Below are positions 47,111-57,718 of a stretch of 64,000 bases of DNA, in pieces. Source of the DNA: Campylobacterales bacterium (GTDB lineage Bacteria > Campylobacterota > Campylobacteria > Campylobacterales > UBA6016); contig JBFWKW010000003.1 of NCBI GenBank assembly GCA_050252455.1, forward strand, positions 13,699-77,698. Reading direction: 5' to 3'. A program made the position numbers and the translations under genes. The stretch's first letter is position 1; each line of letters opens with the position of its first letter. Under the pieces are notes generated by a model, which did no database searches, was not told the origin of the DNA, and was given only the letters and a program-made list of their open reading frames with translations.

Positions 47111-47650
47111 TTACTGAACTACGAAGTTTGTGAAATAAACGTTTTTGACTCTACCGTCTTTGAGTCTTTCGTTCACTTTTTCCATTATTTCGTTTTTAAC
47201 TGCCTCTTTGCCTTTGATGTTCATAAGCTCTTCGGCTGTTTTTGATGAAACGACGGTGATTACTATGTCGGTTACTAGGGCTTTTTTGGCTAGCATTTCA
47301 GGTGCGAGCTCTTGTGCGTCAAGCTCCAAGGCTACTGCAAATTTGGCGTATCTTGAGCCGCCCTCGCTCATTAGATTGACAACCAGACCGTCTACCGCAA
47401 ATACAGGCCCCATTGTAAGGTCATCGCCGTGAGCGCCGCCTTTTTTCTTGTCTTTGTCTGTAGCTTTACCGTGCGCCGCAGCAGGTGCGTGTCCATCGGC
47501 AGCCTCTTCTTCGCCGCCATGACTCATAAGGAAAAATAATGCCCCTCCTACCGCAAGCAGCAATACCAAAACTGCCGCTATGATGATAATAAGAGTTTTG
47601 CTTTTTTTGGGTTCTTCCCCGCCTTCAGCTTTTTCTTTTTCTTCTGCCAT
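47111..47650 (-). CDS. fliL: Flagellar basal body-associated FliL
   Basis: Single N-terminal TM, VVNL, C-terminal VYFTNFVVQ; adjacent to acpS as in Campylobacterota. Confidence 0.92.
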   Translation of the reverse strand: MAEEKEKAEGGEEPKKSKTLIIIIAAVLVLLLAVGGALFFLMSHGGEEEAADGHAPAAAHGKATDKDKKKGGAHGDDLTMGPVFAVDGLVVNLMSEGGSRYAKFAVALELDAQELAPEMLAKKALVTDIVITVVSSKTAEELMNIKGKEAVKNEIMEKVNERLKDGRVKNVYFTNFVVQ

Positions 47651-47661
47651 TTTCGCCTCTT

Positions 47662-48660
47662 TTAGCTATTAGTTAGCCTGTTCATAACGCTTAGAACCTC
47701 TTCCATTTTTTGGTCCACTTGCGCCAGCTCTTCCGTAAGCTCATTCATCTCTTTTGCGTTATTGTTCAAAGAATCGGAGTTATCGCCTATTGCCTGAACG
47801 ACTACACTTATTGTAGCATTAATTTCCGTTAAGCTTTTCTGTGTTCTCTCTGCAAGCTTTCTTACTTCATCGGCGACAACGGCAAATCCTCTACCGTGTT
47901 CGCCGGCTCTTGCCGCTTCTATCGCCGCATTTAGTGCAAGCAAATTTGTTTGGTCGGCTATATCGCTTATTACTGTCAAAATCCCTTTTACCTGCTCAGC
48001 GTCAGAGCTTAGCCTTGCGAGGTTGTCCGCAAGTTCGTTTTGTTTGTGTGAGGCGTCCATTATTCTGCCGGTCGTTCTCTCTACTATGTGGCTAAGGTCT
48101 TTAAATGTAGTTTGTTTTAGTGTCTCTATCGCAGTACCGAGTTCGGCCGCTTTTTGCTCTAGTATTTTTGCAGACTCTTTATTTTGCTGCTCCGCTTCAG
48201 AAAGAGCGTCCCCTAGAGAGTTAACCCCTTCTAGCATCTCTTTCATCTGTCCGCCGAGTTTGCCGGTATCTATTTTGACATTGTAGTTTTTGTTTCCATA
48301 CTCTTTTAGCGTTTTGTTCGAGTCTTGCAGGCTGTGTTCGATGTTATCAAGCATTCCGTTGATTGTTTTTGCAAGTACTTTTATTTGAGGAGTTTCGGAA
48401 GTCGCTCCGGCTCTACAATCGTAATATCCGCTTGCCACTTTTGAGGCCAGTAGCACCATCTCGCCGGTTACTTTCATATCTTGCTGAGTTTTATTGATGT
48501 ATATCTCGGCCGCTTTTTCCAGTTTTCTAAGAAGCTCCGATACCTTGTCGCTCCCCTCAACTTCCGGCAATGTAAGAATATTTCTTTTGCCGTTCATAAG
48601 CTCCGTTAACTGCTCTAAAAACTCTTCTAGTTTGTCAAGTTTTGAATTTCCAAAAAACAT
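47662..48660 (-). CDS. Soluble methyl-accepting chemotaxis protein
   Basis: [38 protein letters not shown]; HAMP-like helices; no TM segment visible. Confidence 0.9.
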   Translation of the reverse strand: MFFGNSKLDKLEEFLEQLTELMNGKRNILTLPEVEGSDKVSELLRKLEKAAEIYINKTQQDMKVTGEMVLLASKVASGYYDCRAGATSETPQIKVLAKTINGMLDNIEHSLQDSNKTLKEYGNKNYNVKIDTGKLGGQMKEMLEGVNSLGDALSEAEQQNKESAKILEQKAAELGTAIETLKQTTFKDLSHIVERTTGRIMDASHKQNELADNLARLSSDAEQVKGILTVISDIADQTNLLALNAAIEAARAGEHGRGFAVVADEVRKLAERTQKSLTEINATISVVVQAIGDNSDSLNNNAKEMNELTEELAQVDQKMEEVLSVMNRLTNS

Positions 48661-48676
48661 ATCGGCTGCCTCTTTA

Positions 48677-49060
48677 TTAGTTTAGTGTTTTATAAAGCTC
48701 TTCGGCTTTTTTGATTTCGTCTCTGGTTGCCATTCTTCTACATGACATATAACCTCTTTTTGAGCCGCAGCTTATCATCGGATAAACAGTTGCATACACC
48801 CAGTAGTATCCGCCGCCTTTAACTGCGTTTTTTACTATTCCAGTCCATACTTTTCCCGCTTTTACGGTATCCCATAGGTCTTTGAATGCAGCTTTGGGCA
48901 TATCCGGATGTCTTACGATGCTATGCGGTTTTCCTAGCATCTCTTCTCTGCTATATCCGGCTATTTCGCAGAAATCATCGTTGGCGAATGTAATAATCCC
49001 TTTTTCATCGGTCTCGGAGACCAAAAAAGCGCCTTCGGAAAGCGTATATTCTTTTTCCAT
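48677..49060 (-). CDS. Stand-alone Aer/CetB-like PAS sensor
   Basis: [37 protein letters not shown]. Confidence 0.9.
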   Translation of the reverse strand: MEKEYTLSEGAFLVSETDEKGIITFANDDFCEIAGYSREEMLGKPHSIVRHPDMPKAAFKDLWDTVKAGKVWTGIVKNAVKGGGYYWVYATVYPMISCGSKRGYMSCRRMATRDEIKKAEELYKTLN

Positions 49061-49135
49061 TTAATAAACTCCAAATAGCTTTTTATTCCAAATTTCACAA
49101 ACTTCAATCAAACAATAAATCAGATAAAAAAACCC

Positions 49136-50407
49136 TTAATTTGTGATTGAAGTTCGACTTTTATTTACCGAGTGGAAAACGGCAGTTCCGTATTTTTTGG
49201 ATAAATGGCGAATTATCATTTCCTGTATTACGGGTTCCAAGGACGGGACAAACCATGCGTTGTTGGAGATTGTTATCATGTATTTGGGTTGCCCTTGATA
49301 CATTTTTTCGCTTGTAGCCTCGTAACATATAGCATTTCTAAAAGTTACGCCGCCAACCTCAAAGTCGCTAGGTTTTTCAGCCGTCCTATAATCTTCGGCG
49401 CCGTTGAAGAAAAGGTCGTTAACTATCTGCGACATAAACTTCGGCAGCGGATTGACCTCTCCAAACGGAACTGCGACGACTTTGTCAAAAATAAACATTT
49501 CTCCGTTTTTAAACAAATACGAGGAGTTATATATGGTGTTTCCGTCCAGCTTTAAGCCCCCGGCCAATATCGCAGCATCAAAACTTTTTTGCTTTAATAG
49601 CTCCGTAACCCCGTCGGCTTTATTTAGAAAATACGGAAATGCGGTTTCCGGAAGCACTACAATGTCGGCATTTTCCGCAATAGCTTTGTCTATCAAATTT
49701 AGGTTTTGCGCCGTTAGCTGAAGTTTAAATTTTTCATCCCATTTGTCGTCTTGCTCTACGGATGTTTCTATTAGTTTGATATTGAGTTTTGGCAACTCTT
49801 TTGGCTTTGTAGACCCCAATGATATGGCAAATAGTAGTGCAGGGACGGCGGCAAGCTTATAAAATCTTTTTGCCCTCACAAGGACGGCAACGCCTAAAAG
49901 CAAAGCCAAAAGCTCCCATTTTGATGGACCAAATAGTGAGCCGCTATATATTATCTCCGGGCGAAGCCAATCGAATCCGAGCGGGGCTAAATAGTCGAAA
50001 ATAAAAGCAACTATCACAATGCGAAGCCAAAAAAACTTTTGAGACAAAAAACCGACGAGCCAAAAAAGGGCTCCGTAGTAGAAAAATATGAATGCCAAAA
50101 GTAGCGGCGCAAGCCACAAAAGATTGTAATAATAAAGCGAGAAACTTACCCAATAAAACCAGATAACTCCGCTAAATGCCCCAAACCAGAAAAGCTCTTT
50201 TTTAGCGAGGATAAAAAATCCGCTAAGTGCAATGACGGCAAGTAGACTGAAAAATAGCTTCGACTCTATTCCGATTGCCGTAAAAACGACGGGTGACAAG
50301 AGGGCTAGAGAGCCCAAAAAGCCTTTTATAATGAGGCTTTTGTTAAAATCAAACCAAATCGCTATTTTATTTTTAAGAGGTGTTACCATATGGAAGCTAT
50401 CGTTCAA
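49136..50407 (-). CDS. lnt: Apolipoprotein N-acyltransferase
   Basis: Catalytic triad motifs LPET, DK..VPFGE, ICYE; SNNAWF. Start is TTG 50407 or ATG 50389. Confidence 0.92.
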   Translation of the reverse strand: MNDSFHMVTPLKNKIAIWFDFNKSLIIKGFLGSLALLSPVVFTAIGIESKLFFSLLAVIALSGFFILAKKELFWFGAFSGVIWFYWVSFSLYYYNLLWLAPLLLAFIFFYYGALFWLVGFLSQKFFWLRIVIVAFIFDYLAPLGFDWLRPEIIYSGSLFGPSKWELLALLLGVAVLVRAKRFYKLAAVPALLFAISLGSTKPKELPKLNIKLIETSVEQDDKWDEKFKLQLTAQNLNLIDKAIAENADIVVLPETAFPYFLNKADGVTELLKQKSFDAAILAGGLKLDGNTIYNSSYLFKNGEMFIFDKVVAVPFGEVNPLPKFMSQIVNDLFFNGAEDYRTAEKPSDFEVGGVTFRNAICYEATSEKMYQGQPKYMITISNNAWFVPSLEPVIQEMIIRHLSKKYGTAVFHSVNKSRTSITN

Positions 50408-50665
50408 ATTTTACCTTTAGCCGTACTTTTCGCAATTATCTATTTTCTTGTTATTAGACCTCAACAAGTTCAAGCAAAAAAACACAAAGAGATGGTTGAT
50501 GCCCTAACCAAGGGCGATAAAATAATAACTGCTGGCGGTATTCACGCTGAAGTTATTAAGACTGAAGATGATTTTATCAAAGTCAAGTTAAACGACGAAG
50601 GCGTAACTGTCAGACTAGCAAAAGAGTTTGTAGCTAGAAAAATCGAAGATACTACTGCCGCATAA
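50390..50665 (+). CDS. yajC: Preprotein translocase subunit YajC
   Basis: YFLVIRPQ, L.KGDKIIT.GG. Confidence 0.95.
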   Translation: MEAIVQILPLAVLFAIIYFLVIRPQQVQAKKHKEMVDALTKGDKIITAGGIHAEVIKTEDDFIKVKLNDEGVTVRLAKEFVARKIEDTTAA

Positions 50666-50674
50666 TAAAAACCT

Positions 50675-52261
50675 ATGAAAAAAACAAACATAAGACTGTG
50701 GATATTCGCAGTCACCACTCTTATCGGAACGCTTCTTTGCGTTCCTTCGTTTACAGGTGCCGATTTTTTTGCGAAAGTAAAACTCGGTCTTGACCTCCAA
50801 GGCGGTCTTTATACGGCTCTGGGCGTAAAAACCGAGGAGGCCGTAGAGGCAAAAATCAAATCAACGGCACTAGGCTTCAAATACTACGCCGAAAAAAATG
50901 ATATTTTAATCGATGCCCTAAAAATAGAGCCTAATAAATTTAGCTTTTCGCTCATAGACAAAGAGGCAAAAGCTAAGCTAGATGAGTATTTTAAAAAAGA
51001 TGCCGGACTTACCGCTTCTTATAGCGGCGAAATCATCGAGGTTTCTTTGACTCAAAAAGAGATTGCGGCAACAAAAGAGTTTGCGGTCTCTCAAGCGGTC
51101 GAGACTATTAGAAACAGACTTGACCTGTTCGGTCTAGCCGAGCCTAGCGTTACCCGCTCGGGAACGGACAATATTATCGTTGAGCTACCCGGGGTTAAAA
51201 GCCAAGCCGAAGAGCAAAGAGCTAGAGAGCTAATAGCCAAAACGGCGAAACTCGAGCTTATGGAAGTTGACGGCGGACGAAGCGATGCCTTTAATATGGG
51301 CGAAGGTGAGCTGAAAGAGGCCGGACTAAGAGTCCTTGCCGATTATAAAAATCCGAATGAAAAATTTGTCGTAAAAGACGTTCCGGTGCTTGACGGTTCA
51401 ATGTTGACCGATGCCAGAGTGGGATATGACAATAACGGACAGGCTGCTATCGAGTTTAAGCTAAATTCCCAAGGTGCTTCTATATTTGGAGACTTTACGG
51501 CTAAGAGTGTCGGCAAGAGGCTAGCCATAGTCCTTGACGGCAAGGTATACTCTGCTCCTTCAATCAAAGAGAGAATAGGCGGCGGAAGCGGTCAGATAAC
51601 TGGACATTTTACCCCTGAAGAGGCTAGAGACTTGGCTATTGCGCTTCGTTCCGGAGCTTTGCCTGCGGGTGTCGTGATGCTTGAAAAAAGAAGCGTAGGG
51701 CCGTCTCTTGGTGCGGACAGCATACATGCCAGTCTTATGGCGTTTGTAACGGGCGGTATTTTGGTATTTGGATTTATGGCTGTTTATTATGGTGCGGCGG
51801 GGATGTTTGCAAATATCGCGCTTGTATCCAATATAGCCCTTATTATTGCCGTTATGGCGCTCTTTGGTGCCACCATGACGCTTCCTGGTATGGCGGGGCT
51901 CGTACTTACCATCGGTATGTCGGTGGATGCGAACGTCATCATAAACGAGCGTATCAGGGAGCTACTAAGACAAGGGATGCCTATCAGAAAAGCTATTGAA
52001 GAGGGCTATAATAATGCTATGAGCGCCATTGTGGACTCGAATGTAACGGCGGTTATAGCGGCTATTGCCATGTATGTTTACGGTACGGGTCCTATCAAGG
52101 GATTTGCCGTTGTTATGGCGGTCGGCGTTCTTATCTCTATGCTTACCGCAATCGTCGGTACGCATGGGCTATTTGACGCATTCTTGTCAAAAATAGAAAA
52201 AAGCAAAAATATCAGGTTTTGGTTTGGTATGCCAAATAGCTACCTTAAAGGCGGCAAATAA
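50675..52261 (+). CDS. secD: Protein translocase subunit SecD
   Basis: LGLDLQGG, IRNRLD, LRSGALP, VGPSLG, DANVII.ERI. Confidence 0.97.
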   Translation: MKKTNIRLWIFAVTTLIGTLLCVPSFTGADFFAKVKLGLDLQGGLYTALGVKTEEAVEAKIKSTALGFKYYAEKNDILIDALKIEPNKFSFSLIDKEAKAKLDEYFKKDAGLTASYSGEIIEVSLTQKEIAATKEFAVSQAVETIRNRLDLFGLAEPSVTRSGTDNIIVELPGVKSQAEEQRARELIAKTAKLELMEVDGGRSDAFNMGEGELKEAGLRVLADYKNPNEKFVVKDVPVLDGSMLTDARVGYDNNGQAAIEFKLNSQGASIFGDFTAKSVGKRLAIVLDGKVYSAPSIKERIGGGSGQITGHFTPEEARDLAIALRSGALPAGVVMLEKRSVGPSLGADSIHASLMAFVTGGILVFGFMAVYYGAAGMFANIALVSNIALIIAVMALFGATMTLPGMAGLVLTIGMSVDANVIINERIRELLRQGMPIRKAIEEGYNNAMSAIVDSNVTAVIAAIAMYVYGTGPIKGFAVVMAVGVLISMLTAIVGTHGLFDAFLSKIEKSKNIRFWFGMPNSYLKGGK

Positions 52262-53244
52262 TGGAACTTTTTAACAATAAAAAAACCTATGATTTTATGG
52301 GTAAAAACAAGATTATATTCTCCATCTCCGCTGCTGTTATGGCTCTTTGCGTATATTTTCTTGCATTTCAAGGCTTCAAGCTCGGCGTAGACTTTGCCGG
52401 CGGTACCGTTGTGCAAATAAAATATGATGCAAAGCCAAATACCGAAAAGATTAGAGAGCTACTCAAAGAGAGTGATTTCAAGGGTGCCGAAATTCAAGAG
52501 TTCGGCAAAGAAAACGAGATACTTATCCGTTTTCAGACGACAAACCAAAGCGTGACGAAAGACACCGGAGATGCTATATCAAAGCTACTGTCTCCAACCG
52601 GCAAGTTTGAGATAAGAAGGGTTGAGATTATAGGTCCGAAAGTCGGCGACGAGCTGAGACAAAAAGGGATGATGGCTATGCTTATATCGTCTCTCGGCAT
52701 TCTCTTTTACCTTGCGTTTAGATTTGAGTGGAGATTTGGTCTTGCGGCGCTTCTGGGCGTTATACACGACGTTGCCATTACGGCAGGAGCCGTGGCGGTA
52801 ATCGGTGTTGACTTTGACCTTACGGTTCTTGCGGCGCTTCTTACGCTGATGGGGCACTCAATCAACGATACTATCATCATCTTTGACCGTATCAGGGAGC
52901 ATGTGAAGGAAGCAAAACCCGACGCTAACGGCAAATATAATTTTGCACAGATAATTAACGAGGCGATTTCAAGAACGCTATCAAGAACAATTTTGACGGT
53001 GCTTACACTTTTCTTTGTTATTTTGACGCTTTATCTATTCGGCGGCGAAATCATCAAAGGATTTGCGTTTACGATGCTGATAGGTACTATTATCGGGGCG
53101 TATAGCTCTATATTTATAGCTTCGCCATTCCTTATTTGGTTCGGATACGATGTGGCAAAAGCCAAAGAAAAAGAGGCTGAAAAGCTAAAAATCCAAATCG
53201 AAAAAGACAAAATGAGAGCGGAATTTGAAAAAGGGACAATCTAG
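52261..53244 (+). CDS. secF: Protein translocase subunit SecF
   Basis: GVDFAGG, GPKVG.EL, HD, NDTIIIFDRIRE. Confidence 0.97.
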   Translation: MELFNNKKTYDFMGKNKIIFSISAAVMALCVYFLAFQGFKLGVDFAGGTVVQIKYDAKPNTEKIRELLKESDFKGAEIQEFGKENEILIRFQTTNQSVTKDTGDAISKLLSPTGKFEIRRVEIIGPKVGDELRQKGMMAMLISSLGILFYLAFRFEWRFGLAALLGVIHDVAITAGAVAVIGVDFDLTVLAALLTLMGHSINDTIIIFDRIREHVKEAKPDANGKYNFAQIINEAISRTLSRTILTVLTLFFVILTLYLFGGEIIKGFAFTMLIGTIIGAYSSIFIASPFLIWFGYDVAKAKEKEAEKLKIQIEKDKMRAEFEKGTI

Positions 53245-53247
53245 GTA

Positions 53248-55695
53248 ATGAGCTACGATTTTAGAGAAGTAGAAGGAAAATGGCAAAAAGAGTGGACGGC
53301 TACAAACGCTTTTGAGCCATCGGACGATACGAGTAAACCGAAAAAATATATTCTATCCATGTTTCCGTACCCGAGTGGGCGGATACACATGGGACATGTG
53401 CGTAACTACACGATAGGCGACGCATTTGCCAGACACTATCGAAAGCTTGGCTTTAATGTCCTTCATCCGATAGGGTGGGATGCCTTTGGTCTGCCTGCGG
53501 AAAACGCCGCTATCAAACACCAAGTACACCCGAAAAAATGGACATACGAAAACATCGATTACATGAGAAGCGAGCTAAAAGGGCTAGGTCTTAGTTTTTC
53601 GGTAAAAAGAGATTTTGCAACCTGCGACGCCGAATATACGAAGTTTGAGCAGGGCTTTATCATCGACATGTGGGAGAAAGGGCTGATATACCGAAAGGGT
53701 GGCCTTCTCAACTGGTGTCCGCATGATCTTACCGTGCTTGCAAACGAGCAGGTAGAAGAGGGTAAATGCTGGAGATGCGGCACCGAAGTTGTTCTAAGAG
53801 AGATGAACCAATATTATCTAGCTATAACGAACTACGCCGCAGAGCTTTTGGAGGACATCAAAACCCTTGAAAAAGGCTGGCCAAAGCAAGTTCTAACGAT
53901 GCAGGAAAACTGGATAGGACAAAGCGAGGGCTTGGAGTTTAGCTTTGAACTCGACGAAGCATCCAAGGCGACTTTGGGCGGTAACTTTGAGAAGCTTTCA
54001 GTATTTACGACTAGAGCCGATACCGTATACGGCGTGACATATTGTGCACTTGCGGCAGAGCATGAGATAATCAGATATATGCAGCAAAACGGGCTTTTGG
54101 ACGGCGAGAAGTCGGCAAAAGTATCGGCAATGCAAAGAGTTGCTCCAAGAGACAGAGGCGCGGCTCCTAAAGACGGGTTTGATACCGGACTCAAAGTTGT
54201 TCATCCGCTTACAAAAGAGAGTTTGCCTCTGTGGGTTGCCAACTTCGTCATAGCCGACTACGGCAGCGGGGCTGTCATGAGCGTTGCGGCGCACGATGAT
54301 AGAGACTACGAATTTGCTACCAAATTTGGCTTGCCGCTAAAAGCAGTCATCAAAGCTCCTGAGGGCACAGAAGTAAGCGGCGCTTACACGGGCGAGGGCG
54401 AGATGTTCGGTAGCGGTGAGTTTGACGGCATGGGAAATGTGGAAGCAAAATCCGCAATTATCAAAAAGTTTGAAAGCCTTAGCATCGGCAAAGGTGTTAA
54501 GACTTATAGACTTAGAGACTGGGGAATATCCAGACAGAGATATTGGGGTACGCCTATTCCTTTTATCCACTGCGACAAATGCGGCGTAGTGCCTGAGAAA
54601 AAAGAGAATTTGCCTGTACTTCTGCCTGAAGATGTAGTGATAGACGGAAGCGGAAATCCTCTTGAAAAACACGCCGGATTTATGAAATGCACCTGCCCAA
54701 AATGCGGCGGCGAGGCGAGACGGGAGACCGATACGCTCGATACCTTTGCGGAGTCTAGCTGGTATTTTCTGCGGTATGCGCAAAATCCGGCTAATTTCTC
54801 TAAAGAGGCGTTTTCAAAAGAGGCGGTAAATTACTGGATGCCGGTCGATAGATATGTAGGTGGGATTGAGCATGCGATATTGCATCTTCTCTACTCCAGA
54901 TTTTTTACGAAAGCCCTTAGAGATTTGGGGTATGTGAATGTAGATGAGCCGTTTGAAAATCTTCTCACTCAAGGAATGGTGCTAAAAGACGGCGCCAAGA
55001 TGTCTAAATCAAAAGGTAACACCGTAGACCCTGACGAGCTGGTCAAAAAATACGGCGCAGATACGGCTAGGCTATTTATACTATTTGCCGCTCCTCCTAC
55101 CAAGGAATTAGAGTGGAACGATAGCGCCGTTGAGGGTTGCTTTAGATTTTTACGCCGTTTTTATGAGAAAAGCGAGGCAGTCAAAGGCTCCAAGGTAAAA
55201 CCGCAGATAGATACTGCAAACCTCTCGAAAGAGTCAAAAGAAGCTAGAAAAAAAGTATACGAAGCTCTCAAAAAAAGCCTTGCGGTATTCGATGACGGTT
55301 TTGCATTTAATACCGTTATAGCCGCTTGCATGGAAGCGTTAAATGCGCTTGACGCACAAAATGACGAGAACGTATGGAGCGAGGGGTATTATATCCTTAC
55401 AAACGTGCTTGAGCCTATCGCGCCTCATGCCTGCCATGAGATAGCCCATAGACTATTTGGGCGTGCTAATTTTGGCAAAATAGAGATTGATGAAGCGGCG
55501 TTTGATAGCGATACCGTATTTTATGCCATAACCATCAACGGGAAAAAAAGAGCGGAAATCAACGCCCCAAAAGATGCCTCAAAAGATGAGATTTTGGCAC
55601 TTGCAAAAGCTGAAGCCGGCAAATGGCTTGAGGGCGAGATAATAAAAGAAGTTGTCGTTCCGGGCAAATTGATTAACTTCGTTGTTAAGGGATAA
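53248..55695 (+). CDS. leuS: Leucyl-tRNA synthetase
   Basis: [27 protein letters not shown]. Confidence 0.98.
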   Translation: MSYDFREVEGKWQKEWTATNAFEPSDDTSKPKKYILSMFPYPSGRIHMGHVRNYTIGDAFARHYRKLGFNVLHPIGWDAFGLPAENAAIKHQVHPKKWTYENIDYMRSELKGLGLSFSVKRDFATCDAEYTKFEQGFIIDMWEKGLIYRKGGLLNWCPHDLTVLANEQVEEGKCWRCGTEVVLREMNQYYLAITNYAAELLEDIKTLEKGWPKQVLTMQENWIGQSEGLEFSFELDEASKATLGGNFEKLSVFTTRADTVYGVTYCALAAEHEIIRYMQQNGLLDGEKSAKVSAMQRVAPRDRGAAPKDGFDTGLKVVHPLTKESLPLWVANFVIADYGSGAVMSVAAHDDRDYEFATKFGLPLKAVIKAPEGTEVSGAYTGEGEMFGSGEFDGMGNVEAKSAIIKKFESLSIGKGVKTYRLRDWGISRQRYWGTPIPFIHCDKCGVVPEKKENLPVLLPEDVVIDGSGNPLEKHAGFMKCTCPKCGGEARRETDTLDTFAESSWYFLRYAQNPANFSKEAFSKEAVNYWMPVDRYVGGIEHAILHLLYSRFFTKALRDLGYVNVDEPFENLLTQGMVLKDGAKMSKSKGNTVDPDELVKKYGADTARLFILFAAPPTKELEWNDSAVEGCFRFLRRFYEKSEAVKGSKVKPQIDTANLSKESKEARKKVYEALKKSLAVFDDGFAFNTVIAACMEALNALDAQNDENVWSEGYYILTNVLEPIAPHACHEIAHRLFGRANFGKIEIDEAAFDSDTVFYAITINGKKRAEINAPKDASKDEILALAKAEAGKWLEGEIIKEVVVPGKLINFVVKG

Positions 55696-55698
55696 AAA

Positions 55699-56229
55699 TT
55701 GAAAAAGCTTTTCTTGGCTCTCTCTTTGGCTCTCGTTTTTGCGGGATGCGGATATAAGCCATCTTCGTACTACTCCAAAAAGGCGATAGGCGATAAAGTG
55801 TACGCCAAAGTTGAGATGCTAAGAAGCGACCCTGAAAATACCGTGGTTATAAAAGATGCCATTAACGAGGCCGTAATCACCAAGTTAAAATCAAAACTTG
55901 TCCCAGAGAGCGAAGCCAATACGAAACTATTTATCAAAGTGGCTTCGGTGAGCTTTTCTGCCGTGCAGTACGATGCAAACGGATACGTAGTATTGTACCG
56001 CGCAAACGTCACCATGCAGACGGCAGTTGTGACGGCTAGCGGAACGAAACATTTTAGCACTTCCGGGAGCTATGACTTCCCTATTGAGCCGAATACTACA
56101 ATTTCGGATTCAAAAAGATTTGACGCCATCAAAAACGGAGGCGTGAAAGCAATCGACATGTTGATCTCCCAAATATCAGTACTAGGGGCGCTCAGTGAAA
56201 CTGGATCAAATAGCGGCAAGGGCAATTAA
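55699..56229 (+). CDS. lptE: LPS assembly lipoprotein LptE
   Basis: Lipobox FAGCGY; directly after leuS. Confidence 0.8.
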   Translation: MKKLFLALSLALVFAGCGYKPSSYYSKKAIGDKVYAKVEMLRSDPENTVVIKDAINEAVITKLKSKLVPESEANTKLFIKVASVSFSAVQYDANGYVVLYRANVTMQTAVVTASGTKHFSTSGSYDFPIEPNTTISDSKRFDAIKNGGVKAIDMLISQISVLGALSETGSNSGKGN

Positions 56230-57718
56230 GTCCTTAAAAGAACAACATAAAGAACTTACCCCTAGCGAGTTCGAGAGAGCCTTCTGCAAAGAGCTAAAAA
56301 AAGAGGGGCTTAGCCATGAAGATTGCGATAAGCTAAATAAGTTTATCTCTCGGCTTGATGACGGATATCAAAAGCTAATTAAGGGGTATGCCCCAAAAAC
56401 TATCGATGAGCTTGTGCAGTTCCTTATATCGCAGGTCAATAGGTTAAACCCTAGCGAGGCGAACGAATATTTAAGCGCCCAATACATACTAATCCAAAAA
56501 GTTCTAAAAGCATCCAAGCAGCTTCGTCACAAAGATACCGCAAAACTAGCCTCAATGACTCTGGATAAAATAGAAAACACAAAAAACAGCGAACTTTTGA
56601 TGAATCTAGCCAAAGAGTGGGATTCGCTCTGTGCAAACTACAAACCAAACGAATTTACCAGACTGGAGCAATATGCCCAGATAAAATCACATTTTTTAGA
56701 TGAGGTCTCCGCCGAGCTAAAACTTGCCTTTGAAAAAACCGCTTTAAATTTTGACGACCTTGTGATTTTGGTTTTGGAGGGGCTTAAACCTTCATTTACA
56801 AAAGAGATGCAAAAAGAGCTGGAGATTTTTGGCAAAAATTTACTTAACGACCCTTCGCAGATATCCCAAAAAAGGGTTCAGCACGAAGTAAAATCGCTTG
56901 TCTCAAAAAGAGTTTTTCTTGATAATAAAGCTATAAAATCAAAAATCTCAGAGATAGACTCAATAGTTACAAGATGCTATGCAAAAATTTCAGGCGTAGG
57001 CGAGGTAAGTGCCAAAGGGGCGCAAAAAGTAGGCTCGATTAAAAAGCTCATCGAGGATAGTAACGAGGGCGATTTTGAAGCCGTGAAAGTAAAATTGACG
57101 GCCCTTGTAACCGCTCTTGATAGCGATATCAATGAAGCGATAGGCACTATCAGAAGCGAACAGGGGCAGATGGAGAGCCTAAAACAAAAAATCAAAACCC
57201 TGGAAAGTGAGCTTGAGAGCGCAAAAGAAGAAGCCGGAGTCGACTTCTTGACCAAGGTAGTCAATAGAAGAGTTATAGACGAAGAGATGGAGAGGTTTGA
57301 AGAGCTATTTTTAAGATTCGACGATAACTATAGCGTCGTATTTTTCGATATAGATTTTTTCAAAAAAATTAACGATAACTACGGGCATATGGCTGGCGAC
57401 GTCGTGCTTGCTTCTTTTGCTCAAATACTAAAGAAAAAATCAAGAGATATGGATATTGTGGGGAGATTTGGAGGGGAGGAGTTTGTAACGATACTTCCAA
57501 AAACAGACCTTGCAGGGGCAAAGGCTTATGCCGAATCGATAAGGGCTGCCGTTGAAAAAACGAAATTTATCTACAAAGAGACGCGCATAGAGGTGACTGT
57601 AAGCTGTGGGTGTGCGGAGCGCAAAGGCGTAGCAAACCTAAAAGAGCTAATAAAAGCATCGGATGAACAGCTATACAAAGCCAAACAAAGCGGCAGAAAT
57701 AGAGTATTCCCTGCGTGA
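56195..57718 (+). CDS. Cytoplasmic diguanylate cyclase with long helical N-terminus
   Basis: DFLT..NRR, DIDFFKKINDNYGH, RxxD (RDMD), GGEEF. Confidence 0.9.
   Translation: MKLDQIAARAIKSLKEQHKELTPSEFERAFCKELKKEGLSHEDCDKLNKFISRLDDGYQKLIKGYAPKTIDELVQFLISQVNRLNPSEANEYLSAQYILIQKVLKASKQLRHKDTAKLASMTLDKIENTKNSELLMNLAKEWDSLCANYKPNEFTRLEQYAQIKSHFLDEVSAELKLAFEKTALNFDDLVILVLEGLKPSFTKEMQKELEIFGKNLLNDPSQISQKRVQHEVKSLVSKRVFLDNKAIKSKISEIDSIVTRCYAKISGVGEVSAKGAQKVGSIKKLIEDSNEGDFEAVKVKLTALVTALDSDINEAIGTIRSEQGQMESLKQKIKTLESELESAKEEAGVDFLTKVVNRRVIDEEMERFEELFLRFDDNYSVVFFDIDFFKKINDNYGHMAGDVVLASFAQILKKKSRDMDIVGRFGGEEFVTILPKTDLAGAKAYAESIRAAVEKTKFIYKETRIEVTVSCGCAERKGVANLKELIKASDEQLYKAKQSGRNRVFPA

Noticed and set aside
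48661-48680. PAS and MCP as a frameshifted single aer gene
   Set aside because: Tandem TAA stops, a clean SD and an ATG indicate two real genes.
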